Below are positions 28,264-37,308 of a stretch of 64,000 nt of DNA, one piece after another. Location: IMG/VR virus record IMGVR_UViG_3300015202_000003, positions 117,413 to 181,412 of that record, one strand, 5' to 3'. The notes under the pieces are model-generated. The model had not been told where the DNA came from and ran no database searches. It worked only from the letters and a program-made list of their open reading frames with translations. The DNA comes from a virus. Position 1 is the stretch's first letter. Every line of letters starts with the position of its first letter. The position numbers and the translations under genes are program-made.

Positions 28264-29982
28264 ATGTCAGATCAAGCAACAATTTTAAAAAAAATAGCGG
28301 TTACAAATAAATTCGCAAAAGAAAAATTAACAGGTTTTAAATTTCCTTGGGGTGGAAAGCCTGATCCATTCGCCAGAGTTAATGATTTAGAGGGTGGAGA
28401 TATTACGATTAATTCCGGGGGCGGAGAAGATTCTCCTCCTTCTAATCCTTTGGACAAACAACCTCCTACAAAAAACAAAAATGGAACTGTTACTTTAATG
28501 GGACAGAACAGTTCTTCTCCTCCAAAAACAAAGGGGGAAGAAGAAAGCCCAGAAGACGATGATGCGAAAACTATTGATAAAAGAAATGGTGGCGAACCGG
28601 GACAAGATAACCAAGATAAAAATAATGAAAAAGGAGACGAAAAAGGAGATGAAAAACCACAGGGGGGACAACAAAAACCCCAATCTCAAAATTCTGATTC
28701 TAAAAAAAATTCTGATTCTAAAAAAAATTCTGATTCAGAAGGTAAAAAATCCGATGAGGATATTGAAAATTATTTAGATGAACAGGGTTTAACGGGAAAA
28801 GAAAGAGAAGATAAGAAAAAACAATTAGAAAAAGAACGCGGAAAAGATTCCGAGGAAGAAGATGAGGGTTCAGAAGGAGGGGATGGTGTTTCCGGTTCAA
28901 ATTCTTCTGAAGAAGGAAAACAAAAATCAAATTCTAAACCGGAACAAAAGGGCGGTGATGGGGGAGACACTCAAAATTCTCCGCAACAAGATTCTGGAAA
29001 ACAAGAAGGCAAGGAGAAGGGGACTCCCGGCCAATCTGGTCAAGAGGGCGAAGAAAACACTCCTGACCCAACTTACAGCCCGGAAGATGCCTCTTACGAT
29101 AAAGCGAAAGAAGACGCTAAAAATAGTCCAAGAGATTTTTCTGGTAAGAGCCAAACGGAGGAGCAAAAAGCATCTGAACAATTAATTAGAGATGCTTTAA
29201 AAAAAGCGGACGCAGAAAAGAAAGCGGACAACACTGATGATAACGGAAAACCTGTTGAAAAAGGAAAAGATTTAATAGCGGATTCTTTAAAAGCGGACGG
29301 TGCGGGTGAAATGGTTCCTACTGATAATTCTTCTAATTTAAATTGGAAGTTAAGATTAAGAGATATTTTTAACAAGGGAATTAACTCTGAAATTTATGTA
29401 GATATGACAGAGGTTTCCATTGTTGATAAAAGAGCAGATGGAAATATGAGAGACAAGCCCAAACCTAAAACAGTTGTTTTAATTTGTGATATGTCTGGTT
29501 CGATGGATGAAACTAAATATAAATTAGCTTTTCAACAATTGGATGCTGTTTTACAAGCGTTACCAACCACTTCAGTAAAACCGGAAGTTGTTTTTTATAC
29601 TTCTTACAATAACGCACAAAGCCATTTAATTAAGTTGAGAGGCCCAAGAAAAATATCTGATAAATTAAATAAGATGGTCGGTGCGGGTTCTGGAGAGTTA
29701 ATTGTTTTCAATGAGAAGTTGCCTTATATGTTAACCCCCGATAAAATTGATTTGTTGATGTTTTTTACAGACGGTGAATTTACAGAGTCCCTTCCGGGTA
29801 GTGGATATGGTAGAAAACCTTTAAATGATTATGCTGTAAGAACAATCCGACAGTTGGGAAGAGAGAAAAAATTATTTTGGGTTTTAACTCCCGATGGTGT
29901 TATTGATTCTTCTTATGGAACAAGCATAAAAGAAATAGACCCTTCTGCAAAAGCCCAAAAAAGAGTTGTATGGATGAGATAG
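28264..29982 (+). CDS. vWA-domain protein with long disordered N-terminal region (DUF2201 C-terminal-like)
   Basis: LNWKLRLR, MIDAS VVLICDMSGSM, FFTDGE, LFWVLT; D/E/K/S/G/Q-rich linker. Confidence 0.8.
   Translation: MSDQATILKKIAVTNKFAKEKLTGFKFPWGGKPDPFARVNDLEGGDITINSGGGEDSPPSNPLDKQPPTKNKNGTVTLMGQNSSSPPKTKGEEESPEDDDAKTIDKRNGGEPGQDNQDKNNEKGDEKGDEKPQGGQQKPQSQNSDSKKNSDSKKNSDSEGKKSDEDIENYLDEQGLTGKEREDKKKQLEKERGKDSEEEDEGSEGGDGVSGSNSSEEGKQKSNSKPEQKGGDGGDTQNSPQQDSGKQEGKEKGTPGQSGQEGEENTPDPTYSPEDASYDKAKEDAKNSPRDFSGKSQTEEQKASEQLIRDALKKADAEKKADNTDDNGKPVEKGKDLIADSLKADGAGEMVPTDNSSNLNWKLRLRDIFNKGINSEIYVDMTEVSIVDKRADGNMRDKPKPKTVVLICDMSGSMDETKYKLAFQQLDAVLQALPTTSVKPEVVFYTSYNNAQSHLIKLRGPRKISDKLNKMVGAGSGELIVFNEKLPYMLTPDKIDLLMFFTDGEFTESLPGSGYGRKPLNDYAVRTIRQLGREKKLFWVLTPDGVIDSSYGTSIKEIDPSAKAQKRVVWMR
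28690..28737 (+). repeat. 18-bp coding tandem repeat (NSDSKK, about 3 copies)
   Basis: AATTCTGATTCTAAAAAA repeated within the vWA linker. Confidence 0.8.
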
Positions 29983-30013
29983 GAATTAAGTTAGAAAAAT
30001 TTTAATTTGTAAT

Positions 30014-30051
30014 AAAAACCCTGTTAGATTAAATTTCTAACGGGGTTTTTT
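30014..30051 (+). terminator. intrinsic terminator
   Basis: AAAAACCCTGTTAGA/TCTAACGGGGTTTTT plus T-tract, after the vWA gene. Confidence 0.7.
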
Positions 30052-30141
30052 GTTATTTTTTTATTAAAAGTTAAAAATTAAAATTTGAATGCATATAGAA
30101 AAAAGAAATCTTTTTAATTTGTTTTAAAAAGAGTTTTTTTC

Positions 30142-31782
30142 ATGCTTCAAGTCTTAAACGAACAAGTAGGCCACATTACAGAATCTCGCAGGGTATCTAA
30201 GCCCGGAGTGTTGCGTGAAATGGAGGGTATTTTTTCGGTGTCGGATAGAGTTTCTTTGAGTGACAATCGGAACAACCGTTTATATTCAGAAAATTTATTG
30301 AGAAATAAAATTTTAAATTCTCCTCAGACACAGGAGAAGATGAATAAGAAATGTTTGTTAGGGGAAGCGGATCATCCGGCAGATAGATTGGAAGTTCGTA
30401 TTAACGAGGTTTCTCACAGGGTAGCGGAGATGTATTACGAAGACGGCTACATAAAAGGTAGAATAGAAGTATTGGATACACCTTCTGGGAGAATTGTTGA
30501 TACGTTAAGTGAAGCGGGCGTTCAGATTGGGATTTCTTCAAGGGCGGAGGGAAGTTTAAAAGATGAGGGTTCTAAGAAGCGTGTGAATGAGAACGATTAT
30601 TTTTTTCATACATACGATTTAGTTTTGAATCCGGGTTTTGCATCTTCCGTATTAAGTCCGGTGTTGGAATCTGTTGCAGAGAACTCTTCTACTCTAAAAA
30701 CAATGGAAGAGCAAGTAGGAATTTTAATTGAAGAAGAGACAAATTTATCAACTTTAAATGTTTATGAATCTGTTTTACGTTCAATTGGAAGTTCTGTTTT
30801 AAATCCGTTGTTAGAAAAGTTAGAAGAGAAAAAAGATTCGTTACAAGTAAGTTCTCCAAAAGAAATAGAAATTCCGGCTCACACTTTGGGTTTGATTGAA
30901 TCTTTATATCGGGAGCAAAAAGAAAGTAACGAAGAGATAGAATCTTTGCAAAAACAATTGAAACAGAAAAATTTTCAGAACACTTTCTCTGAAGACAAAG
31001 AGCTATTGGCTCAAGAATTAGCTGTTTCAGAAGGTTTCTTAAAAGAAGCTGAACAAGTTAGTTTCCATTTTAAAGAAAAGGTAGAAGAGTTAGAAGAAGA
31101 GTTGGAATCAACTCGGAAGTTTCGTTCACGCAATTTAAATTCTCAAAGAAAAATCAACGAATTAGAAGTTGGTTTAAAAGAAAAAGAAGAGGAGTTAGAA
31201 ATTATTTTCCAAGAGCGAGCAGAGTTGGAAAGCAAATTAGAAGAGAGAAAAAGAGAATTTGAAGAGGGGTTGAACGAATCAAATAGGAACTACGAATTTT
31301 TAGAAAAGAGAAGTTTAATTTTGTTAGAGTTGTTAACAACTCACGAAGAGGATTTCTTGGCTGAGTGTTTAGAGTTTTCTCGCGGTTTGAATGAAAGTTT
31401 AGTAGAGAAATTAAAATCTGGCTCTAAGTTTTTTTACGATACAAAAGAAAATGTTGTAGAAGAGAACAGAAAAACAGTTTCTAATAAAACTACTCTTAAT
31501 CAATTAGAAGAGAACATTGAAGAAAAAACTGTTGAGTCTAATTTTTTGGGCGGGGACAATGTTTTTGAACATGGTTTATCTGATAAGAAACCTTTCAAAA
31601 ATTCTTCTAATTCTAATAAGTTAGAAAAGAAGGGAGTTAAAACCAATCAAATTTTATTTGAATCTCAGCCAGTAAAAGTTGTTAGTTCAAAAGAAGATTT
31701 CCAAGCAGAAAATGCTTTGGGATTACCTTCTGGTCACATGAGTAAGTTTAGTCGTTTATTTACGTCTTTGTCTTCAGGTTAG
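30142..31782 (+). CDS. prohead protease (T4 gp21-like) fused to a coiled-coil scaffold region
   Basis: NRNNRLY, LGEADHP, VSHRV, EVLDTPSGRIV, IGISSRAEGSL, YDLVLNPG; E/K-rich heptad C-terminal half. Confidence 0.9.
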   Translation: MLQVLNEQVGHITESRRVSKPGVLREMEGIFSVSDRVSLSDNRNNRLYSENLLRNKILNSPQTQEKMNKKCLLGEADHPADRLEVRINEVSHRVAEMYYEDGYIKGRIEVLDTPSGRIVDTLSEAGVQIGISSRAEGSLKDEGSKKRVNENDYFFHTYDLVLNPGFASSVLSPVLESVAENSSTLKTMEEQVGILIEEETNLSTLNVYESVLRSIGSSVLNPLLEKLEEKKDSLQVSSPKEIEIPAHTLGLIESLYREQKESNEEIESLQKQLKQKNFQNTFSEDKELLAQELAVSEGFLKEAEQVSFHFKEKVEELEEELESTRKFRSRNLNSQRKINELEVGLKEKEEELEIIFQERAELESKLEERKREFEEGLNESNRNYEFLEKRSLILLELLTTHEEDFLAECLEFSRGLNESLVEKLKSGSKFFYDTKENVVEENRKTVSNKTTLNQLEENIEEKTVESNFLGGDNVFEHGLSDKKPFKNSSNSNKLEKKGVKTNQILFESQPVKVVSSKEDFQAENALGLPSGHMSKFSRLFTSLSSG

Positions 31783-31804
31783 AAAAGCATTTCAAAAAAT
31801 TTTT

Positions 31805-33232
31805 ATGAACACCCTTGATGGAACACCTTTAATGGAAAATGCGCGTCGGGACAATACCGAGCGTCTTTTTGAAACATGGACTCCTTACCTTTCAAAAGTT
31901 ATGGAGCATCGCCCTAATCTTTCAGAGCTTGCGGCTTACAACTTAGCCCAAGTTTTAGAAAACACTCGTTCTTTATTTTCTGGCGCCAATCGCGGAAGAG
32001 TTAACGAGACAACTCAAGTTGGAGATGTAAACCAAGATCGTCATTTTTATTATGACGTAATTGCCAGCGTATTTCCCAACATGGTAGCTCAACAGTTTGT
32101 TTCTGTTCAGCCAATGACTTCCCGTATTGGAGTTATTTCTTTCTTAGATTATTCTTACGGTTCTAACAAAGGTTCTATTAATCGTGGCGAGATTATGCAA
32201 AATCCTCGCACGGGTCATAGAATTGGAACTGGGGCCACTAACTATACTGGGGAAATTATTGATAATGAAGAGGTCGGTAACACAGGTGGAACAGCTTATA
32301 CGGGTAGTTTGAGCTATTTGCCCGTTCGTCCCGGTTCAGTTATTTTTACAATCGGTGCTATTAGATTAATTGATAACGGTTCTGGTGTTTTGGTTAACGG
32401 TAATTCAACGGGAACACCTCTAACAAGTGCGGCTGCGACTGTTAGCTACGATAACGGTCAGTTTGCTTTGACGCTTTCTGCTTCAGCAACGGATAACGTT
32501 TATGTAACGTATGAATATAATAATGAACATTCTCCTTCACAAGTGCCGGAGATGAACATTCATATTGACAACCGTTCAATTACTGCTCGTTCAAGAAAAT
32601 TAAAAGCTCTTTATGCTTTGGACGGTGCTTACGATGTTCAGACTCAGTTTGGTTTGGACATGGATGAACTTATTCTAAAAGCCGCGTCTTCGGAAATCAT
32701 GTATGAGTTAGACTCAGAGATTTTCAATGACCTTCTTTTGGGAGCTTCTGGCACTTCAACTTGGTATTCCAAGCCACCCCAAGCGGTTTCGATGCTTGAC
32801 CACAAAACAACTTTTGTGGATGAATTGATTAGTGCATCTAACTCAATTTATAGCGCGACACAGCGTTATGGCGGTAACTTCGTAGTGGCGGGCGTTGGCG
32901 CTTGTTCTGTTTTGGAATCTTTAGGAGCCCCTCGTTTCGTTTCAACTGGTGTTACTGGAAACGGCCCCCACATTTGCGGTGTTTTGGATGGTAAGTGGCA
33001 AATCATTAAAAATCCTTATTATAACATTGACACTTATTTAGTGGGTTATAAGGGTGAAAGTCCAATTGATGCTGGCTATGTTTGGGCGCCTTATCGTCCG
33101 TTGTTTTCAACTCAGTTAATTCAAACTGCTGACTTTACGGCTCAAAGAGGATTCTCTTCAATGAACGGCAAAGCAATGATTAATCCCGGTGCTTATGTTC
33201 GTGGCACAATTATTCATACTCAGGCTCCGTAA
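31805..33232 (+). CDS. major capsid protein (T4 gp23-like)
   Basis: VSVQPMT, ITARSRKLKA, EIMYELDSEI, AGYVWAPYRPL; probable cleavage at RVNE|T. Confidence 0.93.
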   Translation: MNTLDGTPLMENARRDNTERLFETWTPYLSKVMEHRPNLSELAAYNLAQVLENTRSLFSGANRGRVNETTQVGDVNQDRHFYYDVIASVFPNMVAQQFVSVQPMTSRIGVISFLDYSYGSNKGSINRGEIMQNPRTGHRIGTGATNYTGEIIDNEEVGNTGGTAYTGSLSYLPVRPGSVIFTIGAIRLIDNGSGVLVNGNSTGTPLTSAAATVSYDNGQFALTLSASATDNVYVTYEYNNEHSPSQVPEMNIHIDNRSITARSRKLKALYALDGAYDVQTQFGLDMDELILKAASSEIMYELDSEIFNDLLLGASGTSTWYSKPPQAVSMLDHKTTFVDELISASNSIYSATQRYGGNFVVAGVGACSVLESLGAPRFVSTGVTGNGPHICGVLDGKWQIIKNPYYNIDTYLVGYKGESPIDAGYVWAPYRPLFSTQLIQTADFTAQRGFSSMNGKAMINPGAYVRGTIIHTQAP

Positions 33233-33313
33233 TAAATTTTAGCGGGTAAAAAACTAAGTTAAAAAATTAAGAAAGAGTGATGTTTTGGGAAAGGATTTTA
33301 AAACCTCTTTTTT

Positions 33314-33326
33314 AGAACTTCGCTCT
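33314..33326 (+). promoter_or_regulatory. TCTTCG-loop hairpin motif, degenerate copy 3
   Basis: AGAA-CTTCG-CTCT upstream of 33356. Confidence 0.4.
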
Positions 33327-33355
33327 TTTTTAGTTTAGAAAAGAGAAAAAAAATT

Positions 33356-34066
33356 ATGTCAAATACAAACAGTGAAAATAACGATGCCGTGGGTTTAGAT
33401 TACGGCCAAACTAATGAAGTTCCAAACGATGCCAACCCTAAAATTTCATCTGGGGCACCTGAAGGAAAAGTTTTAGGTTATGTTGAATCTTCTGATGAGG
33501 TTTCGGAAGCCGCTCTTCCAGTAAAAGAAGAATTAAAAGCGGTAGGTGCGGATTACGGTTCACAAAACGCATCTCACAATGACGTTAACCCTAAAATTCC
33601 ATCTGGGGCACCTGAAGGGGAGGTTTTGGGTTATGTTGAATCTTCTGATGAGGTTTCAAACTCTAAAACACCTGTTAAGGATGAAATAAATGCTTTAGGT
33701 GGCGGTGACTACGGGCATACTAATGAAGTTCCTAATGACGCCAACCCTAAGATTCCTTCGGGTGCCCCAGAAGGGGAAGTTTTAGGTTATGCTTTACCAA
33801 CAAGCATTAGAGAGGATACGGTGGAACCTTTTACGGCTTCTCCCAACACAGAAGTCCCTGTTTTTGGAGGTGAGATTGACACCACAAACGGTCAAGCTGA
33901 TTCTTCTCGTGCTGCTAATGAAGTTGTAGGGGAAACAATTCCTGATTTAACTCAAACAGTTTTTCAAAACGTGGACAACGCAACTAAAGTTTCTGTTTCT
34001 GAGGGTTTAGCGGATAGCACACAAAAGAAAGGGTTGCCAGACAGATCACTAACGAAAACTTTTTAA
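33356..34066 (+). CDS. acidic repeat protein (three repeats of about 51 aa), putative head-associated protein
   Basis: DYG..N...ND.NPKI.SGAPEG.VLGY repeated three times; directly after the major capsid gene. Confidence 0.75.
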   Translation: MSNTNSENNDAVGLDYGQTNEVPNDANPKISSGAPEGKVLGYVESSDEVSEAALPVKEELKAVGADYGSQNASHNDVNPKIPSGAPEGEVLGYVESSDEVSNSKTPVKDEINALGGGDYGHTNEVPNDANPKIPSGAPEGEVLGYALPTSIREDTVEPFTASPNTEVPVFGGEIDTTNGQADSSRAANEVVGETIPDLTQTVFQNVDNATKVSVSEGLADSTQKKGLPDRSLTKTF

Positions 34067-34081
34067 AAATTAATTTAACTT

Positions 34082-34095
34082 AGAATCTTCGCTCT
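34082..34095 (+). promoter_or_regulatory. TCTTCG-loop hairpin motif, copy 4
   Basis: AGAA-TCTTCG-CTCT upstream of the neck gene. Confidence 0.55.
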
Positions 34096-34136
34096 TTGTT
34101 TTATGTTATTTTTTAATTTAGGTTTAAATTTTCTCA

Positions 34137-34808
34137 ATGCCTAAAGTCACACAGCCACAAGTTGTCGCTTATGTCAAATCTTCTTTAGGTTATCCGAGTG
34201 TTAACATAGAAGTGTCTGATTCTGTGATAGAAGCTCATTTAGCGGTAGCTTTGTTGTTTGTGGCTCCTTATTATTCTGGAACTGTATTTTTAGAGAAGAA
34301 TTTTAATACTGTTGTAGATTTAAGGGATGATAAAGTTGAAGAAGTGGTTCAGGTTTATGAAACCACTTCTTTAAACTCTGATTCTTTTGTTTCGGGTTTA
34401 AATTTTGGATTAGCTAATACATATAATTTAAGTGTAAATCCAATCGACAGAGCGATAAACTCTTATAATCAAGCGGAGTTAGTGTCTTCTTTGGGGAGAA
34501 ACTTTAAATTTATTGATGGGAGGTTATACGTTTACGGATATGTAGCTTCTACAATTTCTATAGAGTGTTTAAAAACTTTGGAATCTGTAGAAGAGTTGCG
34601 CGACCCTGTTATGATAAATTATCTTTTGGAGTATACTTTAGCCTTAACAAAAATAACTTTAGGAAATATCCGTAGAAAATTTAGTATTTCTTCTAACCCT
34701 GTTCAGATAGATGGTGATGCAATGGCTTCAGACGGTCAGAGTCAAAAAAGCGATTTAGAATCGAGAATAAAAGAGGGGAATGTAGGAATCTTTTTTGTTG
34801 AGAGGTAG
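34137..34808 (+). CDS. neck / head-tail adaptor (T4 gp13-like)
   Basis: YVKSSLGYPSVNIEV; EYTLALTKITLGNIRRKF; IDGDAMASDG...KSDLE. Confidence 0.85.
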   Translation: MPKVTQPQVVAYVKSSLGYPSVNIEVSDSVIEAHLAVALLFVAPYYSGTVFLEKNFNTVVDLRDDKVEEVVQVYETTSLNSDSFVSGLNFGLANTYNLSVNPIDRAINSYNQAELVSSLGRNFKFIDGRLYVYGYVASTISIECLKTLESVEELRDPVMINYLLEYTLALTKITLGNIRRKFSISSNPVQIDGDAMASDGQSQKSDLESRIKEGNVGIFFVER

Positions 34809-34877
34809 AAGATTAGAGTTTTTATTTTAAAAATTTAAAATAAAAAGAAGATATGAAAGATAAAATTTAAAAGGAAT

Positions 34878-35642
34878 ATGTTTAATTCTTACATTCAGAA
34901 TCAAGTAGAACAAAAGTTTTCTTCTTATTTCGGCCCCAAATTATTTTTACAAAAATTTAAGTCTTCTCTAAATAAACTTGAATTTTTAAATTCGGGTGCT
35001 ACTTCAGGTATTCAATTTACGATTTTCTTTGATGCGTCTCAGATAAATGGGACGTGTTGGAACTCAAAAGACCCTGAAGACTTCACAAATTTCACAAAGT
35101 ATACATCTGAGGGATGCGTAGATTCTTATTTAAGTTTTGTTATTTCTTTTTGTCAATGGTTGGAAGAGACTTTTAATTATTCAAAAACCCCTGAATATAT
35201 TTCTCAATCGGTTTTAGCAAAAACTCCAGAAACAAAACAAAATCCTTTTTTCTTAAATATGAGTAAGCTAAGAGAAAAAGGAGATGGGGATTCGGGGGTG
35301 TTTTTAAATTATTCTCCTAATTTATATTCTTCTCCGATGGGGGAGGGTTCTTCCAATGTAGATTTAAAAGAGGTTTATATTTTTTGTGAGCGTCAAATTA
35401 AGGGTCAGTTGTTGGAGAATAGGGTTCAATTAATTTTAAACGAAGACAGTGTTGAATTACTTTATCCTAAATATGAAGCTGTTTTACGAGCAACAATCGG
35501 GGGTAATTTTGAAATAGTTTCTTCAATTGCTTTACCTTCTAAGTTTTCAATTGATTATTCTTCTCCGATTAGCACACAAAATATGTGTCGTATTTTTTCT
35601 CGTTGGTTTTTTTGTGAAAGTGAGTTAGGTTTCTATTTATAA
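34878..35642 (+). CDS. hypothetical protein (254 aa)
   Basis: ORF in the head/neck cluster. Confidence 0.75.
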   Translation: MFNSYIQNQVEQKFSSYFGPKLFLQKFKSSLNKLEFLNSGATSGIQFTIFFDASQINGTCWNSKDPEDFTNFTKYTSEGCVDSYLSFVISFCQWLEETFNYSKTPEYISQSVLAKTPETKQNPFFLNMSKLREKGDGDSGVFLNYSPNLYSSPMGEGSSNVDLKEVYIFCERQIKGQLLENRVQLILNEDSVELLYPKYEAVLRATIGGNFEIVSSIALPSKFSIDYSSPISTQNMCRIFSRWFFCESELGFYL

Positions 35643-35692
35643 TTAACAATTTAATATAGGAATTTAGAAAGAAAAATTTAAATTTTTAAATC

Positions 35693-37228
35693 ATGTCTAA
35701 AACAAAGGTATTGAGAGAGATTTTTGAAAGGATTGTTGTTTCTAATAAGGAAACCGATTTCGATGTTAATCCCCATTTATTTTTAGGGGAAAGCAAGATG
35801 CAAGTTTTGGGTATCAGTCCATTACACAGAGTAGGTTCTGAACAAATTGTTGAAAGAGACAAACCTCTTTCTTCCACTTCAAGTTCATCTGCTCCTAAAG
35901 ATAATGGAAAATCCGATGAACAACATCAAGCGGAAATGGATTCTTGGTTAAAGCGCAATCAGGAGTTTATGGGTTCTCAAACTCCTGACGAACAAAAAGC
36001 TATTAAAAGTTGGAAGTCCAATCGTTACAAACAAAAAGCTTTTGGTATTACGGGACAATTAAAACCGGGAACTCCTTATAACAAAGAGTGGGCGGTTCGT
36101 CACCAACAAAGAGTAATGGTAAAGTCTCCTGACCAGAAATCTCTTCAAACTTCAAAAATAAAAGTTTTGAATATGATTAAGGTTACGAAGAAACGGGCAG
36201 CTTCAGGTCGCTGGAAAGTAAATTTTAAGAAGTCAATTGACAAGCGTCATGCTTTAGGTTTGAAAGCGGGTTCAGGAACAAGGAAATATAATCCCAAGAA
36301 ACTTTTAAACAATAAGTCTTTTCAAAATCAAAAGTTTTACGATAAGCGCAAGGAGTTGATTCAAGCACATGGCGGCGAAGAGGGTGCGAAAAAACACGTT
36401 GATGATTTGATTGCAAAAGACAATTTAAATGTAAGGGCTTACAATGCTGGAAAAGAAGGTGCTGAAAAATTCTTTCATTCAACTCTTACGGACGATCAAC
36501 ACAAGGAATTGGGTGGTTTGAGAGGCTTGTCAAAAGCGAAGAAAATCCGTCAATTTAAACAAGCTGCTCATCCTGATGTTTTAGACAAAATGGATAAGAT
36601 GGTTGGTGGTGATGGTTATAAAGAAACGTCTAACTCAAAAGATTCCGATAAGAAAACAACTTCAAATAACACTTCAATTTCAAAAAGAAAAAGTTCAATT
36701 GCCAATGTTCAATTAGAAGAATCTTATTACAAACTTCCTTCTCAGAAGAAATTGAACGAAGCATTAGAGAACGACGAAGAATATGCTACTTACGAACAGT
36801 TGTTCCAAACATATTTTCCTGATTTTGATGTTACTTATGTTGACACCGATGCTGGAGCAACTTTTACATTAACGGATGATGATGGGGATGTTGTTTTAAC
36901 TTTAGTTGTTTTAGAGAATGAAAATGACGAAGATGATTTGGAAGAAGAGACAGATACGGTAACAGTTTTCGTTGGGGACGGTTATGAGTATTTAGAATCT
37001 GTTGTTCAATCTTATGAGGGAGACGAAGGCGTTTTCCCTTCCGAAGATTTAGAAGATTTCTTGGATGAAGCTTCACAGTTGTATTACGATACTGAAGATG
37101 AGGAAGACGATGAGGTAGAAGATGACGACGGCGAAAATGTTTTACAACAAGATGGTATGGGTAACTTTGTTACAGTTGAAACTCCTTCTTCTTTAGCAAA
37201 AACAGAATCTGGATTTTACGGAGATTAA
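35693..37228 (+). CDS. putative prohead core / internal protein (basic middle, acidic C-terminus)
   Basis: KKSIDKRHALGL resembles the basic C-terminus of T4 gp68; multiple (I/L/V)xE motifs; D/E-rich tail. Confidence 0.55.
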   Translation: MSKTKVLREIFERIVVSNKETDFDVNPHLFLGESKMQVLGISPLHRVGSEQIVERDKPLSSTSSSSAPKDNGKSDEQHQAEMDSWLKRNQEFMGSQTPDEQKAIKSWKSNRYKQKAFGITGQLKPGTPYNKEWAVRHQQRVMVKSPDQKSLQTSKIKVLNMIKVTKKRAASGRWKVNFKKSIDKRHALGLKAGSGTRKYNPKKLLNNKSFQNQKFYDKRKELIQAHGGEEGAKKHVDDLIAKDNLNVRAYNAGKEGAEKFFHSTLTDDQHKELGGLRGLSKAKKIRQFKQAAHPDVLDKMDKMVGGDGYKETSNSKDSDKKTTSNNTSISKRKSSIANVQLEESYYKLPSQKKLNEALENDEEYATYEQLFQTYFPDFDVTYVDTDAGATFTLTDDDGDVVLTLVVLENENDEDDLEEETDTVTVFVGDGYEYLESVVQSYEGDEGVFPSEDLEDFLDEASQLYYDTEDEEDDEVEDDDGENVLQQDGMGNFVTVETPSSLAKTESGFYGD

Positions 37229-37249
37229 AATTTAAAAAAATTAAATAAG

Positions 37250-37290
37250 AAGATAAGATAAACAATAACAATTAAACATCTTATCTTTTT
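37250..37290 (+). terminator. possible terminator hairpin
   Basis: AAGATAAGAT/ATCTTATCTT plus T-tract. Confidence 0.4.
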
Positions 37291-37308
37291 ATTTAATTTT
37301 ATTTTCAA

